Of a stretch of 53,827 nt of DNA, positions 1-7,910 are shown in pieces. The DNA comes from a virus (lineage: Duplodnaviria; Caudoviricetes), in IMG/VR virus record IMGVR_UViG_3300031694_000009, positions 1 to 53,827 of that record; one strand, given 5' to 3'. Position 1 is the first letter of the stretch; each line of letters begins with the position of its first letter. Position numbers and translations under genes: made by a program. The notes beneath the pieces are model-generated. The model saw nothing but the letters and a program-made list of their open reading frames with translations. It ran no database searches and was not told the origin of the DNA.

Positions 1-135
1 TAAATAATTAACCACCCCACCTCAGCGTAGGGTACAAGCCTTTTAACGCCGCAGCGGGCAAACGCGGCACGAGACAAAGAGATTAGCGTGGGAGCCACGG
101 TTGTCCACAAAGGCATTTTGCTATAAACTGGCTTT
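1..135. repeat. Terminal direct repeat (left copy); circular assembly overlap
   Basis: 1-135 equals 53693-53827 except position 9 (T vs G at 53701). Confidence 0.95.
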
Positions 136-150
136 TATTATTATATTAAT

Positions 151-447
151 ATGATAACACCCGTGAAAGAAGTCATAGAAAGAATCACCACGCTACAAAT
201 AAACCTTCGCGCAGAAGTTGCCCGGCAAGTGGAACACGGCGCAACCCGACAAGACACATACGAGGCTATGTCGGATACCATCTTGGATAAGTTTAAAACG
301 CACGTGTCTCCCGCATGGCTGGCGGGTATCAACCGCAGTACCCCACGATCCTCGTCCCACGCATCCATTTCGAGGATCACGGCTGTCGAGGCGCTGCTTT
401 CGGGGAAGCATCGAATATGGTCGTCCGCGGCTCACGGAACAAATTGA
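151..447 (+). CDS. hypothetical protein
   Basis: 98-aa ORF after an AT-rich leader; overlapping alternative ORFs exist and no family is recognised. Confidence 0.45.
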   Translation: MITPVKEVIERITTLQINLRAEVARQVEHGATRQDTYEAMSDTILDKFKTHVSPAWLAGINRSTPRSSSHASISRITAVEALLSGKHRIWSSAAHGTN

Positions 448-499
448 ACGCGTTATGTGTATATAGGATCTCAACTCCACCTCTCGGAAAAAAATAAAA

Positions 500-720
500 T
501 ATACCCGTAACCAGTGTAACGGTGTAACTTTCACTAACAAAGCTATTGTGTATAAGGGTTTCAGAGATAACATAAGTTCATTTCTAAAATGTAACGTACA
601 AATGTTTATGTAACCCTTAAATCGAAAAGTGCGTTAAGGGGGTCTGAGTTTTTTTTTCAGTAAAAATATTTTCAGATCCTATATAGACAGAACGGCTGTT
701 TAGTAATAAACTACCTCTTA
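500..720. other. AT-rich non-coding region with GTAAC repeats; candidate replication origin or packaging site
   Basis: GTAAC at 507, 516, 524, 591, 610 plus poly-A/T tracts, directly upstream of terS. Confidence 0.4.
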
Positions 721-737
721 ATAACTGGATATAAAAC

Positions 738-1373
738 ATGCCTACAAAGAACACCTCTAAAACCATACCCGCTGTTGTTAAGCGGACACGCGGACGCCCC
801 CGGGCTACCGCAGCACAGCAACTAACCCGACGACAGGAACTGTTTGTGAAAGAACTGGTTTCTAAGGACGGACAGATAACGATGCGGGAAGCTGCCGTTA
901 ACGCGGGATATCCTGTCAGCTCAGCGCATACTCGAGCTTATGAACTAACCAACCAACATATTAGCCCGCATGTTGTTCATGCTATTAGAGCTTATCGACA
1001 AGAGTTGGACGAAAAGTTTGGAGTAACATACCAACGACACCTGCGGGATTTGCAATCCATTCGAGACATGGCTTTGACTAATGGCGCCTATTCAGCCGCC
1101 GTTCAAGCCGAGTACAGGCGAGGGCAAGCGCAAGGTGACATCTACGTTAGCAAAAGCGAAATAAGAACAGGCAGTATTGACTCCATGAGTAAGGATGAGG
1201 TAATGCTTGCACTAAAAGAGATTAAACAAACTTATGCCCCGATCACTGTCGACATTACTCCCGAAAGAGAAAGCAATACCCAGAACCGCAACAAAGCGAG
1301 AAGCCGACTTATGGAGGCTGATGAAGGCGGGGATAGCGAAGAACCCGAGGACGTGGAAAGCAACGCGGATTGA
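738..1373 (+). CDS. terS: terminase small subunit
   Basis: LTRRQELFVKE...AAVNAGY...AHTRAYEL HTH-type TerS pattern; N-terminal AT-hook-like RGRPR. Confidence 0.8.
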   Translation: MPTKNTSKTIPAVVKRTRGRPRATAAQQLTRRQELFVKELVSKDGQITMREAAVNAGYPVSSAHTRAYELTNQHISPHVVHAIRAYRQELDEKFGVTYQRHLRDLQSIRDMALTNGAYSAAVQAEYRRGQAQGDIYVSKSEIRTGSIDSMSKDEVMLALKEIKQTYAPITVDITPERESNTQNRNKARSRLMEADEGGDSEEPEDVESNAD

Positions 1374-1695
1374 AACGTGGGCGATGCCCGGCATTCCCGA
1401 CGTTTTACTTTGTGACGACGCGGGACACTTTCATTTCATTGAACTCAAAGCCACCAGTGGCAACGCCGTGGATCTCCGACCACACCAAGTAGCGTGGTTA
1501 ACCAACCACAGTGCGGCAAGTGTTTGGGTATTGGTTCGCAAGCTGGCGACTAAAACTTACCCACAAAAGTTTTATCTGTACCACGGAAACCTCGCTATGG
1601 ATTTAAAGATGGAGGGTCTGAAGGTGCCATCACTTTATTATGCGGAGGAAGATTTCGACTGTGACGCTGTTTTGGGGTTGATATCTCCTAGATAA
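1234..1695 (+). CDS. VRR-NUC/Holliday junction resolvase-like PD-(D/E)xK nuclease
   Basis: RIETWAMPGIPDVLL...FIELK...LRPHQVAW motif; start uncertain, overlaps 3' end of terS. Confidence 0.8.
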   Translation: MPRSLSTLLPKEKAIPRTATKREADLWRLMKAGIAKNPRTWKATRIETWAMPGIPDVLLCDDAGHFHFIELKATSGNAVDLRPHQVAWLTNHSAASVWVLVRKLATKTYPQKFYLYHGNLAMDLKMEGLKVPSLYYAEEDFDCDAVLGLISPR

Positions 1696-1743
1696 TCGCA
1701 TACTATTCTATATTCCAAACTTAACTACGAATAAGGGTATAGA

Positions 1744-1980
1744 ATGAAAACAGTAATACACGTTAACCAACACAACATTAAAGCCAACGCCAAGGGTGCG
1801 AACCTCCCGGTGTTGACTGTCAAAGATTACAAGCAGAACCGAAAATGTAATGCGGCTTTTATTAAAGACGAAACAGGCGTCATCATTGCCAAGCTCGTCT
1901 ACCTGCCAAACAAACCACTGTCGTGTGGTGCTAAGGTTTGGATAGAAACAGAAATGGTTGTAGAAACGGTGAGGGTTTAA
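1744..1980 (+). CDS. conserved small phage protein
   Basis: IHVNQHNIKAN...KPLSCGAKVWIET pattern recalled from phage proteins; leader ACTTAACTACG. Confidence 0.75.
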   Translation: MKTVIHVNQHNIKANAKGANLPVLTVKDYKQNRKCNAAFIKDETGVIIAKLVYLPNKPLSCGAKVWIETEMVVETVRV

Positions 1981-1982
1981 CG

Positions 1983-2096
1983 ATGTTCTTTATTGGATGG
2001 ATATATAGAGTGTTGTATGGTAAGGACGCAGCCGACGCTCTGGACAGACCGCCACAAAAGCGCCCGCCAAAGTCAAACCGTAGACGAAAAAAGTAA
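1983..2096 (+). CDS. 37-aa basic peptide (MFFIGWIYRVLYGKDAADALDRPPQKRPPKSNRRRKK), below ORF-track cutoff
   Basis: Translated by hand; GAGG SD upstream, terminator directly after. Confidence 0.6.
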   Translation: MFFIGWIYRVLYGKDAADALDRPPQKRPPKSNRRRKK

Positions 2097-2102
2097 AACA
2101 CT

Positions 2103-2130
2103 AGCCCGCCAATAGAGCGGGCTTTTTTTT
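2103..2130 (+). terminator. Rho-independent terminator
   Basis: AGCCCGC-loop-GCGGGCT + T run. Confidence 0.85.
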
Positions 2131-2243
2131 GCACGGCAATAAGAGTAGTTAAAAAAGTAAAATATTAGCTTGCAAGATATACAATTATCTGCGATATTAT
2201 AAGAGAGGCGCAATTAAGCGTCTATCCTACGGAGTAATACCTT

Positions 2244-2396
2244 ATGAGCGAACTACAATACAACCAAGAATGGCAGACACAAGCACGGGGCACGAACGCT
2301 CAAGAGTACCAGATCTATCTAGCCACCTCAGATAGCCGTGGTAACGACATCGCAGGCAACCCTGTTAAAACCTATGATGAGTGGCTCAACTCATGA
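2244..2396 (+). CDS. 50-aa early protein (MSELQYNQEWQTQARGTNAQEYQIYL...KTYDEWLNS), below cutoff
   Basis: Hand translation; CTACGGAGTAATACCTT leader identical to that of 2599. Confidence 0.75.
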   Translation: MSELQYNQEWQTQARGTNAQEYQIYLATSDSRGNDIAGNPVKTYDEWLNS

Positions 2397-2572
2397 TGAC
2401 GGTAAACGAGATACTTGCCGAGCTGGAGAAGAAGCAACAAGAGTTGCAGCATGCTATAGGGCTGTTTAATGGAACGCGGCACCAACATGCACTCAACACC
2501 CAAGCTAAATTATCAGCGAAAGAGGTCAAGGTGCGGTGCGCCATTGCAGCCTTAATCGCCCCATCCTTGTAA
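2393..2572 (+). CDS. small coiled-coil hypothetical protein
   Basis: ATGA overlap with the upstream stop. Confidence 0.6.
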   Translation: MMTVNEILAELEKKQQELQHAIGLFNGTRHQHALNTQAKLSAKEVKVRCAIAALIAPSL

Positions 2573-2598
2573 ACAACAACACTACGGAGTAATACCTT

Positions 2599-3792
2599 AT
2601 GACTACTTATAAAACAAACGCACTTGAACACGGCATTGGAAACTCGGCGGTTTCCTCAAATTGGTACAGCCGTCCAGATGACCAGAAGTTTTTAACGCTC
2701 GATGACATGCTCGCCTATAAGAAGATAGATGCGCAGCGAATGACATCACGCACTGTTGATACCCACAAGATTAAAATCATAGGGGAATTCGACGAAGCCA
2801 ACCCAAGCCGTGGCAATCTTAGTGTTCAGTATCTCGATGATAATCAACGCGAGCATAACAACATCCCAACAAACTGGTCATTCGGCCAACTATCCCAACT
2901 GGCGGGGGCGCCCTCTGGCTATATGCGAGACCTACCCGCACCTCTTGCAGCGGACTGTTTAGAGTGGGGATTGAAATATAACCGAGGTAAAGAGCTGATA
3001 AAGGTTTACGGTAACCATACCGACGGCGGCGAGTTGAGGGCCGCAACGGGTCCAGAGTATGGCCGCATTTACGACTGGGAAATATTAGAACCTGTGAAAC
3101 AATTGGTGGACGCTTCTGGCGGACGTTGGAAAGTGCCCGGCATGATGACTGGAAGTAGCGGAGGCATGGCCGTCTATGATCCTGAAGTTCCTGTTTCACT
3201 GGACACCACCACATTGTTTGCAAGTGACCGAGACGTTTTTGTATTCTTAGTGGACGACCGAAACCCTATAGAAGTGGGGAAGCTCGCCAACGGCGAGCCT
3301 GATCTAATGTTCCGAGGGTTCTATGCGTGGAACTCTGAAACGGGATCCAAGACTGCAGGCATTGCCGCGATGTATCTGCGAGGCGTATGCATGAACAGAA
3401 ACCTTTGGGGCGTCGAGAATTTCCACGAGATAAAGATAAGACACACCAAGTTTGCGCCTGATCGTTTTGCGCAGGAAGCACGGCCTGCTTTGCAGTCGTT
3501 TGCCAACGGTGCAACATCTACTTTTGTGGAAGGTGTGATGGCCGCAAAAGCAGCTAAGATTGCAAAGGATGATGATGACCGTCTGGACTTTTTAACCAAG
3601 CGAGCAGGGCTATCTGGACGCATGGCAAAAGCAGCCAACGCTAGACACCTCGTAGAAGAAGGCCGACCTGTTGAAACTGTTTGGGACGCAGCACAGGCGA
3701 TCACTGCAATTGCTCGGGACATTCCACACCAAGACGCTCGCATAGACATGGAACGAAAAGCAGGCGCGTTACTGGATAAGGTAACCGCGTGA
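2599..3792 (+). CDS. DUF932/DUF945-like protein
   Basis: VSSNWYSRPDDQKFL, WSFGQL, FASDRDVFVFLVD, RGFYAWNSETGSKT, RGVCMNR match plasmid/ICE DUF932 proteins as recalled. Confidence 0.8.
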   Translation: MTTYKTNALEHGIGNSAVSSNWYSRPDDQKFLTLDDMLAYKKIDAQRMTSRTVDTHKIKIIGEFDEANPSRGNLSVQYLDDNQREHNNIPTNWSFGQLSQLAGAPSGYMRDLPAPLAADCLEWGLKYNRGKELIKVYGNHTDGGELRAATGPEYGRIYDWEILEPVKQLVDASGGRWKVPGMMTGSSGGMAVYDPEVPVSLDTTTLFASDRDVFVFLVDDRNPIEVGKLANGEPDLMFRGFYAWNSETGSKTAGIAAMYLRGVCMNRNLWGVENFHEIKIRHTKFAPDRFAQEARPALQSFANGATSTFVEGVMAAKAAKIAKDDDDRLDFLTKRAGLSGRMAKAANARHLVEEGRPVETVWDAAQAITAIARDIPHQDARIDMERKAGALLDKVTA

Positions 3793-3965
3793 GTGGCTTA
3801 AATACGGAGCAGCGTAAATCACTGCATCGCAAGTGGGTCCAAAACGGCCAAGGCCTGACCTATCTACAATTCAGGCGGACGGTAGTACAAGGGTTTGATT
3901 GTGTGATGGTTCGATGGTGTGGCATGTGGTTGGGTATAGAAACCGACGGATTCACGCACAGTTAA
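3789..3965 (+). CDS. 58-aa small phage protein (...YLQFRRTVVQGFDCVMVRWCGMWLGIETDGFTHS), below cutoff
   Basis: Hand translation; GTGA overlap with upstream stop; terminator follows. Confidence 0.7.
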   Translation: MSGLNTEQRKSLHRKWVQNGQGLTYLQFRRTVVQGFDCVMVRWCGMWLGIETDGFTHS

Positions 3966-3983
3966 CAGCAACCTTTATAACTG

Positions 3984-4008
3984 GCCCGCTTAACAGCGGG
4001 CTTTTTTT
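3984..4008 (+). terminator. Rho-independent terminator
   Basis: GCCCGCT-TAAC-AGCGGGC + T7. Confidence 0.85.
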
Positions 4009-4010
4009 GC

Positions 4011-4091
4011 TTGCACTATCTTATAATATTCTATATCCTTCTATATGCGGTGGGCAAACAGCCGCTTAACTTAACTTTACGGAGTAACAAG
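4011..4091 (+). promoter_or_regulatory. early cassette leader: sigma70-type promoter, 5' hairpin and RBS
   Basis: TTGCAC-17-TATCCT; hairpin with GGGCAA in the loop; ACTTAACTTTACGGAG. Confidence 0.75.
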
Positions 4092-4289
4092 ATGACCATT
4101 GTAAAAAAGCCAGAAGACTTGAAAGAGCGGTTTGACTTAAAGATACTATCAAACTGCTGCGGTGGCCGCGTATACCTGCGGCTTTATAGCGACAATTTTG
4201 ATCGGGATCTAAACGCTTACATAGACGAGATAGACGTGCTTTGTAATAGATGCGGGTGCGAGTGTGAATACAGTGAGGAATCCCAATGA
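4092..4289 (+). CDS. small Cys-rich (Zn-ribbon-like) protein
   Basis: SNCCG...CNRC; start reassigned to ATG 4092 by GGAG RBS. Confidence 0.7.
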   Translation: MTIVKKPEDLKERFDLKILSNCCGGRVYLRLYSDNFDRDLNAYIDEIDVLCNRCGCECEYSEESQ

Positions 4290-4900
4290 ACAGAAAAAAC
4301 TTAACACCTCAGCATGTCTTCTCGGCACTGTGCGTTGCCGAGCATGTACAGTACACTCGTGACCGTGACGACAAAACCGAGCGCAATCCGTGGTCAGAAT
4401 ATGAAGGCCGAAACGGATCCATAAACCTTAAAGACTTAATTGCAGCACTGGGTGTTGCCATCGATGACCAGTACCACAATTACCGTGGTGATGCCAAGAC
4501 GGGAGTGGTTGGGGTTTTTGAAGGCGTGGCATACGATTACGAAGTAGTGCCCGCTATTGTCGACGCACTTGGTGCCAAGTACCTACCTTCCCGAGCATCT
4601 TTACTGGAGTTATTTGTGCACGGTGATAGAGTTATATCACGGGATTGCCATAAGGCGCACACGTCAATTGAGAGGTGCATTACTGTCACGTTGGGAGAGA
4701 TAGCTCGCCGCAACATGGGGGACCACCGCATGAAGGAGCACGACCACGTGAATGCACTGGCCACCTTGATAGGTATTGATGCCGCCGCGACAGCCGCGAC
4801 GCCTTTGGAACACGCCGTCGGTGGGTATTTAATATGGGGGTATTGGGAAAGCGAATACTACGGCGAGCCTGTGGTATTACTTGGAGAGGGGATTAAATAA
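4286..4900 (+). CDS. hypothetical early protein
   Basis: 204-aa ORF, GAGG RBS, ATGA coupling. Confidence 0.75.
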   Translation: MNRKNLTPQHVFSALCVAEHVQYTRDRDDKTERNPWSEYEGRNGSINLKDLIAALGVAIDDQYHNYRGDAKTGVVGVFEGVAYDYEVVPAIVDALGAKYLPSRASLLELFVHGDRVISRDCHKAHTSIERCITVTLGEIARRNMGDHRMKEHDHVNALATLIGIDAAATAATPLEHAVGGYLIWGYWESEYYGEPVVLLGEGIK

Positions 4901-4919
4901 AGCTTATCACTCCTTAACA

Positions 4920-4945
4920 GCCCGCTTGACTGCGGGCCTTTTTTT
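4920..4945 (+). terminator. Rho-independent terminator
   Basis: GCCCGC-loop-GCGGGC + T run. Confidence 0.8.
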
Positions 4946-4992
4946 ACCTAGAATATACGCTTTATCGCATATACAATATAAAGGGCAAAATT

Positions 4993-5697
4993 ATGTTAAA
5001 AACAGTAGAGAATAGCGCAGCAACAAAAACCAGAGGAATCGCGGTCACATATAGAGCGGGCAATAAAGAGATGTACGGGACCTGTCCCGCATCATGTGAG
5101 CTGAACTGCAGTGGCAAAGGATCGCAGAAAATAGATCACGACTATTTTGATGCACTACTTGCTGCAGTACCTAGGGGAGGGATATCTTTTACTTACACGC
5201 ATTTTGACTGGTTCAACTGGTGTGATAAAGCCAACAAAGAAACGACGGGCCAAACCGTGGTCAATTATTCGGCCAGTACTTTATCTAGCGCCGTGGTAGC
5301 TTCTCGCGTGGTCCCCACCGTCGTAGTAGTGGGGGAAGATCTTTGGGCGAACGGCAAAGTTTTCAGCACCGACGCCGTGCCAGTGGTTCGATGCCCCGCC
5401 GAATATAGGGAGAAGTTTTCTTGTGCAGACTGCGGTAATGGTATCCCCTTATGTGCCCGGCGAAACCGTGATTACATAATTGGCTTTACAGCGCATGGGT
5501 CAGGAAAGAAAAAAGCTGCGGATCCTGAAACGGTTGGCGGCTGTTATGCAGACGGTGGTCGCGTTCGACTGCATTGGAATGCCACGGCCAACAGTGACCA
5601 GAACACAGAAACCGACGGCGAAAAACTGAAACGGTTTGCTGAGGGCCTTCGAGCGGGCTCGATTATTCGTCATCATGTTGCGGGCGATATAGGGTAA
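4993..5697 (+). CDS. Cys-rich GP88-like phage protein
   Basis: TCPASC, FTYTH, VVNYSA, VRCPAE...CADCG...LCAR...IIGFTAHG, GGCYA motifs. Confidence 0.6.
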   Translation: MLKTVENSAATKTRGIAVTYRAGNKEMYGTCPASCELNCSGKGSQKIDHDYFDALLAAVPRGGISFTYTHFDWFNWCDKANKETTGQTVVNYSASTLSSAVVASRVVPTVVVVGEDLWANGKVFSTDAVPVVRCPAEYREKFSCADCGNGIPLCARRNRDYIIGFTAHGSGKKKAADPETVGGCYADGGRVRLHWNATANSDQNTETDGEKLKRFAEGLRAGSIIRHHVAGDIG

Positions 5698-5702
5698 GCG
5701 CC

Positions 5703-5792
5703 TTGTGTTATCTAATAATGTTCTATATCCTTCTATATAGCAGCGGGCAATTGCTGCTATAACTTTTAACTTAACTACTACGGAGTAACAAC
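5703..5792 (+). promoter_or_regulatory. early cassette leader: promoter, 5' hairpin and RBS
   Basis: TTGTGT-17-TATCCT; AGCAGC-GGGCAATT-GCTGCT; ACTTAACTACTACGGAG. Confidence 0.8.
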
Positions 5793-6221
5793 ATGACAGA
5801 TTTAAATATACGTGCAGCGGATCTTATACTTGATAGAGTTTTAAACCCCACCAAGGCGGCTGAACTTGGTGCCGCAAAACCTTCGGCCCTTGTTGAAGCT
5901 TGCGGTTTGATTCCTGACTTTTTTGCAGACGCATGCATCACACTTGCGCTTGGTGTGGAAGGCTCGACACAATCGGCATTGGATGATATCGCGGACCGAA
6001 TGGATGCCGTTTATGGGTGTGGCGGTTTTGGTTCCTACCCTTTCGACGGAACCCTTTCGAGTGATGGAACGTACGTGAGTCCGCATGAAGATGACGCAGA
6101 TTTGCCACCACTTTGTCGGTTTGGTTTTAAGGGCACATTCCATTGCTTTGTTTATCAGTACGGCATCACGGCAATCAGGGACAACACCACTGGAGAATTT
6201 AAGATAGCTCGATTCGACTAA
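5793..6221 (+). CDS. hypothetical early protein
   Basis: 142 aa; own leader and terminator. Confidence 0.8.
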   Translation: MTDLNIRAADLILDRVLNPTKAAELGAAKPSALVEACGLIPDFFADACITLALGVEGSTQSALDDIADRMDAVYGCGGFGSYPFDGTLSSDGTYVSPHEDDADLPPLCRFGFKGTFHCFVYQYGITAIRDNTTGEFKIARFD

Positions 6222-6238
6222 GTAAACCCACCCCAACG

Positions 6239-6268
6239 AAGGCCCGCTAAATAGCGGGCCTTTTCTTT
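6239..6268 (+). terminator. Rho-independent terminator
   Basis: AAGGCCCGCTA-AA-TAGCGGGCCTT + TTCTTT; identical to 6963. Confidence 0.85.
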
Positions 6269-6355
6269 GCCCTAATGCATAAACTTCTATATACTTCTAT
6301 ATAGCAGCGGGCAATTGCTGCTATAACTTTTAACTTAACTTTACGGAGTAACAAT
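6267..6355 (+). promoter_or_regulatory. early cassette leader: promoter, 5' hairpin and RBS
   Basis: TTGCCC-17-TATACT; ~56 bp near-identical to 5721-5776. Confidence 0.8.
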
Positions 6356-6943
6356 ATGAGTAACTTTATAGAACACCAAAAGCGCGAAGGAAACCAGTTT
6401 GTTGCATGGTCCTTACTAAATGAATCGGGCGAACCTGTGAAGGTCGGAACCATCTTTGTAAAAGATGGCCGCAGCTTTAAGATCACCGATGGCGCAGCAC
6501 CCAAGCACGAGGCCAGCACGGGGCGGGTTTATGGCGAATGGACCGATGGCGACAATACGCGGGAATATTTTCCCAACGTTTTCGACTGTAAATGGGTGAA
6601 GGTTGAGAAGTCTATTAAACTGGTCCAGCCCACCGTTGAGCCTGTCGACGCGTTCACCACTGCACTCACTGCGATGGTCCGCGATCTGGTAAAGGTGCAG
6701 CTTGTTGATGTAGTCCAAGCGACTATTGAACAACTGGCCACCGATGGCGAATTGAATGCGACATTCGAGGAAGTGATCAGCCAAACGCTAGACGACGGCG
6801 GCTACCTTAGCGCACATGAGTTTGATGTGTCGGATTATTTTGACGAGATCCGCGACGGTTTTAGCGAGGACATGCGCCGCGATGTTGAGAGCGTTATAAA
6901 AGAGATGATTCACGACGATAGCTTGGTGATCCGTCTAGTCTAA
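6356..6943 (+). CDS. hypothetical early protein with acidic C-terminal half
   Basis: N-terminal PKHEASTGRVY...EYFPNVF module then D/E-rich helical region. Confidence 0.8.
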   Translation: MSNFIEHQKREGNQFVAWSLLNESGEPVKVGTIFVKDGRSFKITDGAAPKHEASTGRVYGEWTDGDNTREYFPNVFDCKWVKVEKSIKLVQPTVEPVDAFTTALTAMVRDLVKVQLVDVVQATIEQLATDGELNATFEEVISQTLDDGGYLSAHEFDVSDYFDEIRDGFSEDMRRDVESVIKEMIHDDSLVIRLV

Positions 6944-6962
6944 CCGCTAGCCACCCCCAACG

Positions 6963-6992
6963 AAGGCCCGCTAAATAGCGGGCCTTTTCTTT
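6963..6992 (+). terminator. Rho-independent terminator
   Basis: identical hairpin to 6239. Confidence 0.85.
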
Positions 6993-7072
6993 GCAATATT
7001 CTATAAACTTCTATATCCTTCTATATAGCAGTAAACAATTTACTGCGACAACTTAACAACGGAGTTAACAAC
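6991..7072 (+). promoter_or_regulatory. early cassette leader: promoter, 5' hairpin and RBS
   Basis: TTGCAA-17-TATCCT; GCAGTAAA-CAA-TTTACTGC; ACTTAACAACGGAG. Confidence 0.8.
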
Positions 7073-7360
7073 ATGGGCACAATCTACAACATGAAAACCC
7101 GCTCAGGTAATGCGGCCGCTAATCAGTTTATAAACACTGATGCAACTATCAACGGCGTACATGGCGAGCTGTTCCAGTCGTACAGCTCAAACATTGCGCT
7201 AAAACCTAGCGACGGAAGCACCGCAATACTAGATGCTAATTACTGGGATTACAGCGTTACAACGGGACAATATAGAAACGAGTTCCTTGGTGAAGGCATA
7301 GCAGAAACCCGCGACAAGATCGCCCAAGGCGCCTACTTGCTGCGAGATCTGAACAGCTAA
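7073..7360 (+). CDS. conserved phage hypothetical protein
   Basis: FQSYSSNIA...YWDYSVTTGQYRNEFLGE pattern. Confidence 0.8.
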   Translation: MGTIYNMKTRSGNAAANQFINTDATINGVHGELFQSYSSNIALKPSDGSTAILDANYWDYSVTTGQYRNEFLGEGIAETRDKIAQGAYLLRDLNS

Positions 7361-7377
7361 CACCACCCACCCCAACG

Positions 7378-7406
7378 AAGGCCCGCCATAGAGCGGGCCT
7401 TTTTTT
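7378..7406 (+). terminator. Rho-independent terminator ending the early array
   Basis: AAGGCCCGC-loop-GCGGGCCTT + T run. Confidence 0.85.
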
Positions 7407-7429
7407 ATGCCTGTTGTTTATAGCAGTTA

Positions 7430-7910
7430 AACTGGCCGTGCCGCGTGTCGCGGGCCGTGGTCCAAACCTCTCAGGCCGTGGATCGTTGGCCGTGGATCGT
7501 TGGCCGTGGTCCGATTGTCGCGGTAGGATTCCACCGGCACAAACTCCGATGGCATCGGCGACGGATCTTGGGACCGTCGCAGCGTTGGAAGTTAAACGCG
7601 AGCAGTGGAAGTTAAACGCGGACCATTTGGAAGTTAAATTAACCAGGACAAAAACAGGACATCTCGAGAGCCGTGGACCGCGGACCGCGGACCAAGGGCC
7701 GCGAATAATTCGCTCGGGTCCCTCGGATATCGGGTCAAGATCCAAGGGCCAGAGGCCAAAAAACGTGATTTTCGGGCCGACGGGCCACGGCTCGGGCACA
7801 GCACCAAGGTCCATGTTTCTCTCAAATATTCATCATGAAAATGAAATGAGCATTAACTGTCTTATAAAAGCGTGTAAAATCGCATATAATCGTGGTCCGT
7901 GGTCCGTGAT
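7430..7910. repeat. non-coding short-repeat block
   Basis: GGCCGTGGATCGTT tandem; heptamer CCG(T/C)GG(A/T) arrays; TGGAAGTTAAA at 7586, 7606, 7628; CAGGACA x2. Confidence 0.85.

Noticed and set aside
50-115. c-di-GMP-I riboswitch (GGGCAAAC)
   Set aside because: Lacks the GAAA tetraloop stem and the downstream GCAAAG/receptor elements
2103-7406. CRISPR array or integron
   Set aside because: Repeats are separated by whole genes; no cas genes, no integrase, no attC core sites seen
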